A stretch of DNA of 64,000 bases. Origin: Trueperaceae bacterium. GTDB taxonomy: Bacteria; Deinococcota; Deinococci; Deinococcales; Trueperaceae. The notes under the pieces were generated by a model. It was not told the origin of the DNA and searched no databases. It worked only from the letters and a program-made list of their open reading frames with translations. Location of the stretch: contig JAXHNB010000006.1 of the NCBI GenBank assembly GCA_034520945.1, forward strand, positions 512,001 through 576,000. The letters are read 5' to 3'. The stretch's first letter is position 1. Each line of letters starts with the position of its first letter. The position numbers were made by a program, and so were the translations under genes. Of this stretch, positions 60,071 through 64,000 are shown piece after piece.

Positions 60071-61069
60071 TCAGTGTAGCGCAGGGTCGTCGCGGCGCTC
60101 GGGCCCGGCGCGCGTGGCCAGTTGCGCGATGAGCCGCGTCGCCAACGCCAGCGACCTTAGGTCGTCCTCCAGCGTGCCGATCGGCAGGGCGTCCTGGTCG
60201 ATCCGCGACACGAAGTGCGCCAGTTCTTCGCGCAGCGGGTTGTCTTCCTGCACCACGTGCCGATCGGACCGGACGTGCGTCCCGCCGTTGCCGTCGTTTC
60301 CGGCGCGATACACGGATATCTCGCTGTGCGGCTCACGCAGGAAGTCGACGCGCAGCGTCTGGTCGTGCTCGGCGAGCACCAGGCACCGCTCGGCGTCGGG
60401 GGCCACGCGCGAGGCCAGGAACCGCGCGATGCATCCGTTGCGGAACGTGATCTGCGCGGCGGCGACGTCCTCGTGGCGGCCGCCGTTCACGGTGTGGCCG
60501 GCGACCGTCACCTCGTCGATTCCGTGCGGCACCAGGCCCAGCACGATGTCGATGTCGTGGATCATCAAATCGAGAATCACGCCGACGTCCTTGATGCGGG
60601 TCTCGATCGAGAGGCGGCGCGCTTCGATGAAATAGGGGTTCCGCACGCGTTCGCCCAGCATCCGCACCGTTCGGAAGAAGCGCGTGATGTGCCCCACCTG
60701 CAATACCAGGCCCGCGGCCCTGGAGCGCGCGGTGAGGTCCTTGGCCTCCTCGACGGTCGCGGCGACAGGTTTTTCGACCAGCACGTGCACGCCTGCGTTC
60801 AGGAGCTCCACGCTCACGGCGTGGTGGGTGCTGGTGGGGGTCACGACGCTGGCTGCGTCGATGCTGCGCTGCGCCAGCAGGGCGGCCACGTCCGAGTAGG
60901 TGTCGCAGGCGAAGTCGTGGCGGGCACGCGCCCGTGCCGCCGGGTCGGGATCGACCATCGCGACCAGCTCGACGGTGGGCAGGGACAGGTAGTTCTGGGC
61001 GTGGTAGCGGCCCATCACGCCGGCGCCGACGACGGCGACGCGGACACGCTTCCCCTCCGGCGGCGTCAC
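60071..61069 (-). CDS. Gfo/Idh/MocA oxidoreductase, probable UDP-GlcNAc 3-dehydrogenase (GnnA-like)
   Basis: VVGAGVMG..HA, VLVEKP, QVGH..RF, DVGVILDLMIHDID, ASRV; located between lpxC and fabZ. Confidence 0.8.
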   Translation of the reverse strand: MTPPEGKRVRVAVVGAGVMGRYHAQNYLSLPTVELVAMVDPDPAARARARHDFACDTYSDVAALLAQRSIDAASVVTPTSTHHAVSVELLNAGVHVLVEKPVAATVEEAKDLTARSRAAGLVLQVGHITRFFRTVRMLGERVRNPYFIEARRLSIETRIKDVGVILDLMIHDIDIVLGLVPHGIDEVTVAGHTVNGGRHEDVAAAQITFRNGCIARFLASRVAPDAERCLVLAEHDQTLRVDFLREPHSEISVYRAGNDGNGGTHVRSDRHVVQEDNPLREELAHFVSRIDQDALPIGTLEDDLRSLALATRLIAQLATRAGPERRDDPALH

Positions 61070-61860
61070 GGCCGTCCCGCCGGCGCTTCGGGCGACGCCA
61101 GGGACCGTTTCACCAGGCGGTGGTGCAGCGCGTGCGATCCGCGGTTCACGCGGAGCGTGCCTGCGAACGGCCGGCCCAGCAGGTACATGTCGCCGAGGGC
61201 GTCCAACGCTTTGTGGCGGACCGGTTCGTCCGGTTCACGTAGGGGTACGCACGGACCTTCACCGTCGAAAACGATAACATTCCCGCCCTGGACGCCGGCG
61301 GCCAGGCCGTCTGCGCGCAGCCGGGCCTCGTCGGCGGCAAACCCGAAGGTGCGCGCCCGCAGCAGCTCGTCCCAACGATCGTCGCTGCCCGACCAGTGCT
61401 GGCGGCCGATGGCGGGGTGCGCGTAGGAGATGTCGATCGCGACGGCACGGACCGGTCCGGGCCGCAGGTCGGCCCACGCGCCGTCCTCGCCCCGCACCGT
61501 GGCGTGGAACGCGGTCGGCGTCGCCTCGTTCGTACCGAGCGGAAGCGCGTCCAGCGCCTCGGCCCACGGCTCGGCCGAGCCGTCGAGGATGGGCAGTTCG
61601 TCGCTGTCGCACTCGATGAGCAGGCCGCGCCATACGCCGCGCACCTGCAGCGCTGCCAGCAGGTGCTCGACCACGGCGACGCGCGCGGGTCCCTCGCCCA
61701 GCACGGTGCACGACCGGTTCGAGACGATGCGGTCATGCCGTGGGGGAAAGGTGCGCCCGGCCCGCCGGAACGCCACGGGGCCGGGCCGGGCGTGCAGGGT
61801 CGCCGTCGCGGACGTGCCGGAGTGGACGCCGTGTCCGTCCAGTCGCACGGTGTCCCTCAC
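61066..61860 (-). CDS. lpxC: UDP-3-acyl-GlcNAc deacetylase
   Basis: [44 protein letters not shown]. Confidence 0.92.
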   Translation of the reverse strand: MRDTVRLDGHGVHSGTSATATLHARPGPVAFRRAGRTFPPRHDRIVSNRSCTVLGEGPARVAVVEHLLAALQVRGVWRGLLIECDSDELPILDGSAEPWAEALDALPLGTNEATPTAFHATVRGEDGAWADLRPGPVRAVAIDISYAHPAIGRQHWSGSDDRWDELLRARTFGFAADEARLRADGLAAGVQGGNVIVFDGEGPCVPLREPDEPVRHKALDALGDMYLLGRPFAGTLRVNRGSHALHHRLVKRSLASPEAPAGRP

Positions 61861-62876
61861 GTGTCGTCCTTTCGTGTGCGCACGAACGCCCAGATCCGTT
61901 CCAGCCGCGAGATCAGGTAGCGTTCGCGCACCCAGGTCCGCATCGGCACGGCCGGGACCCCGCCCCAGGCCTCGCCGGCCGGCACGTCCTTGGACACGCC
62001 GGCGCGCGCCGCCAATCGTGCACCGCGTCCGATCCGCAGGTGATCACTCAGGCCTGCCCCCCCGCCGATCACCACGCCGTCCTCGAGGACGGTGCTGCCG
62101 CCGATGCCCACCATGCCTGCGATCATGCAGCCCCGGCCGATGTGCACGTTGTGGCCGATCTGGCACAGATTGTCGATCTTGGTGCCGTCGCCGATCGTGC
62201 CGTCGGTCAGAATGCCGCGGTCGATGCAGGCGTTCGCGCCGATCTCGACGTCGTCGCCGACGCGCAACCCGGCCAGGTGATGAATCTTCTCGGGCCCCTC
62301 CGGCCCCGCGGCGTACCCGAACCCGTCCGCTCCGAGCACCGCGCCGGCATGCACGCGGACACGCGCGCCGAGGCGCACCCCGGGGTAGAGGACGACCCCG
62401 GCGTACAGCCGCCCATCGGGGCCCACCGTGCAGCCGGCCCCAATGATCGCGCCCGGCCCTACGGAGGTGCCGGCCCCCAGCTCGGCGCCCGCGTCCACGT
62501 ACGCCCCGGCCGCCACCGACACCCCGCCTTCGAGGCGCGCCTCGGGATGCACCGACGCGCCCGGTGCCACCCCGACCGCCGGCCGCGGTTCGTCGGCGAA
62601 GATACGCGTCAGGCGGGCGAACGCGAGCCGCGGTTCACTGTGCACCAACCGCGGCGGCTGCGTGCCCTCGTCCAGTCCGGGGGGATGTACCAGCGCCGCC
62701 AGCCGATCGACGCCCGGCGCGTCCAGCGCCGCGCGTACGGCGCCCGCGTCGGGCGCGACCTGCAGGTGCCCTTCACGTGGGGCCTCCGGTGGGCACAGGC
62801 CCATGACCGCGCGCTCCTCGCCCCGGTGCGTCGCACCGATCCGCTGCGCGAGGGCGCGCGTGGTCCACGGCGTCAC
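61857..62876 (-). CDS. lpxD: UDP-3-acyl-glucosamine N-acyltransferase
   Basis: [41 protein letters not shown] start overlapping upstream TGA. Confidence 0.93.
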   Translation of the reverse strand: MTPWTTRALAQRIGATHRGEERAVMGLCPPEAPREGHLQVAPDAGAVRAALDAPGVDRLAALVHPPGLDEGTQPPRLVHSEPRLAFARLTRIFADEPRPAVGVAPGASVHPEARLEGGVSVAAGAYVDAGAELGAGTSVGPGAIIGAGCTVGPDGRLYAGVVLYPGVRLGARVRVHAGAVLGADGFGYAAGPEGPEKIHHLAGLRVGDDVEIGANACIDRGILTDGTIGDGTKIDNLCQIGHNVHIGRGCMIAGMVGIGGSTVLEDGVVIGGGAGLSDHLRIGRGARLAARAGVSKDVPAGEAWGGVPAVPMRTWVRERYLISRLERIWAFVRTRKDDT

Positions 62877-64000
62877 GGCGCTTCGTCCCCCTCCTCGCTG
62901 GGCGGTGCGGACGGCGGTTGGGTCGTTGCCTCGTCCAGGACGTGCACCCGGACCCGCTCCAGGCCGCGGACCAGGTGGCCGACGTCGTCGCGTGCCAGGC
63001 GGCGCGGCCGGCTGGGCCCGGGGATCTCCGCCAGAAGCTCCCGCGCCTGGGGGCGGGATTCCAGCGCGCCGATCAGCTCGGCCCACGACAGCACGGGCGG
63101 GAGCCCGGAGGTCGCCTGCCGCTCGCGGTCGACCTCCGGCTCGCTGCGCGGCCGTTCCGGGTCCGGGACCGACGCGCCGCGGAAGGTGAGGGTCAACGGG
63201 CCCGGTTGCACGTCGTCGGGCACGCCTACGCGGAGCGTCCGTACCTCCGCCTCGCCCCGGAACGGCTGCAGGCGCACGAACGCCGTCACCGTCCCGCCGG
63301 GGGCCACCTCCGGTTCCTCCAGGGCGACCTCCACGATCTCGGCGTCGCTGCGTCGATCCTGCACCTCGATGGTGAGGGAGAGCCGCTCGATGCGCGGGTC
63401 GCGGAACGGGTTGTCCAGCAGGACCGCCAACGGCCCCGCCGCCAGACGCGCGGCGCTGCGCGCCAGGTCGGTCTCGTCCATCACCTGTTCCAGCACCCGC
63501 ACCGGAGCGCCCTCGCCGACGTCGATCTCCCAGGCCAGCTCGGCGCCGCCTCCGGCGACGCGGTCCCGGGTCAGATCCAGCGCGGTCTCCACCACGGTGG
63601 CCAGCAGCGAGGGGGCCAGCCAGCCGTCGTCCGCGACGCGCACGGCGAACGCCCGCGACGTCCGGGGCGTGTTCACGCGGACGGTGATGGGCAGACCCGA
63701 AGGCACCTCGCCGGCGCGCCCCACCACGCCGGCCCGGCCGTCACGGATCACCCGACCGATCACCTCCGCGCCCGGCTCGGCCAGCTTGTACGGTACGTCG
63801 CGCTGGGCGATCCAGGCGAGCACGTGGGCGGGGGCCAACGCCAGGTCGCTCCCACCGCGCCCCAGCAGCGGATGGCCGAACGCCAGGATGGTGCCGTCCC
63901 GGACGTCGGTCACCGTGCCGATGGCGGCGACGGTCATGTCGCCACGGATCAGGGTCGCGGCCACCGCCGCGCCCGGCGCCAACCGCCAGTCGGCCAGGCG
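62873..64000 (-). CDS. SpoIVB/peptidase S55-like protein, N-terminus outside the window
   Basis: [13 protein letters not shown]...AIGTVT...ILAFGHP...YKL resembles the S55 family. Confidence 0.7.
   Translation of the reverse strand, partial: RLADWRLAPGAAVAATLIRGDMTVAAIGTVTDVRDGTILAFGHPLLGRGGSDLALAPAHVLAWIAQRDVPYKLAEPGAEVIGRVIRDGRAGVVGRAGEVPSGLPITVRVNTPRTSRAFAVRVADDGWLAPSLLATVVETALDLTRDRVAGGGAELAWEIDVGEGAPVRVLEQVMDETDLARSAARLAAGPLAVLLDNPFRDPRIERLSLTIEVQDRRSDAEIVEVALEEPEVAPGGTVTAFVRLQPFRGEAEVRTLRVGVPDDVQPGPLTLTFRGASVPDPERPRSEPEVDRERQATSGLPPVLSWAELIGALESRPQARELLAEIPGPSRPRRLARDDVGHLVRGLERVRVHVLDEATTQPPSAPPSEEGDEAP

Overview
High-GC (about 70% by eye) bacterial chromosomal window, mostly core genome. 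Several features point to a Deinococcota (Truepera-like) organism: a short Mfd, a MurE with an EDAR motif, futalosine-pathway genes, LEA/WHy lipoproteins and many leaderless TANNNT promoters. Strongly acidic exported proteins suggest a saline habitat. Housekeeping content includes mreB, mqnC plus a deaminase, trxA, acnA, rsmI, mfd (frameshifted), era, tRNA-fMet, pdp, murE, two deoxynucleoside kinases, alr, three ABC importers, recG and serA. Two loci stand out. (1) A 1062-aa HTH / P-loop / TPR-like protein is translationally coupled to an acuA-acuB-acuC lysine acetylation/deacetylation operon that has no acs but ends in an NAD-dependent dehydrogenase; its promoter carries repeated motifs. (2) An atypical lipid A-like operon runs S55 peptidase-lpxD-lpxC-gnnA-like-fabZ-lpxA-divergent lpxB-msbA-like-GT2-SAM methyltransferase, in a phylum mostly regarded as LPS-free. 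Also present are a truncated DDE insertion sequence next to the tRNA-fMet promoter, a CsoR-family regulator with two YeeE/YedE genes and a visible operator, an exported protein with two PPC-like repeats, and a stand-alone GIY-YIG protein. No CRISPR array or rRNA was seen. All family calls come from motif recognition by eye; no searches were run.
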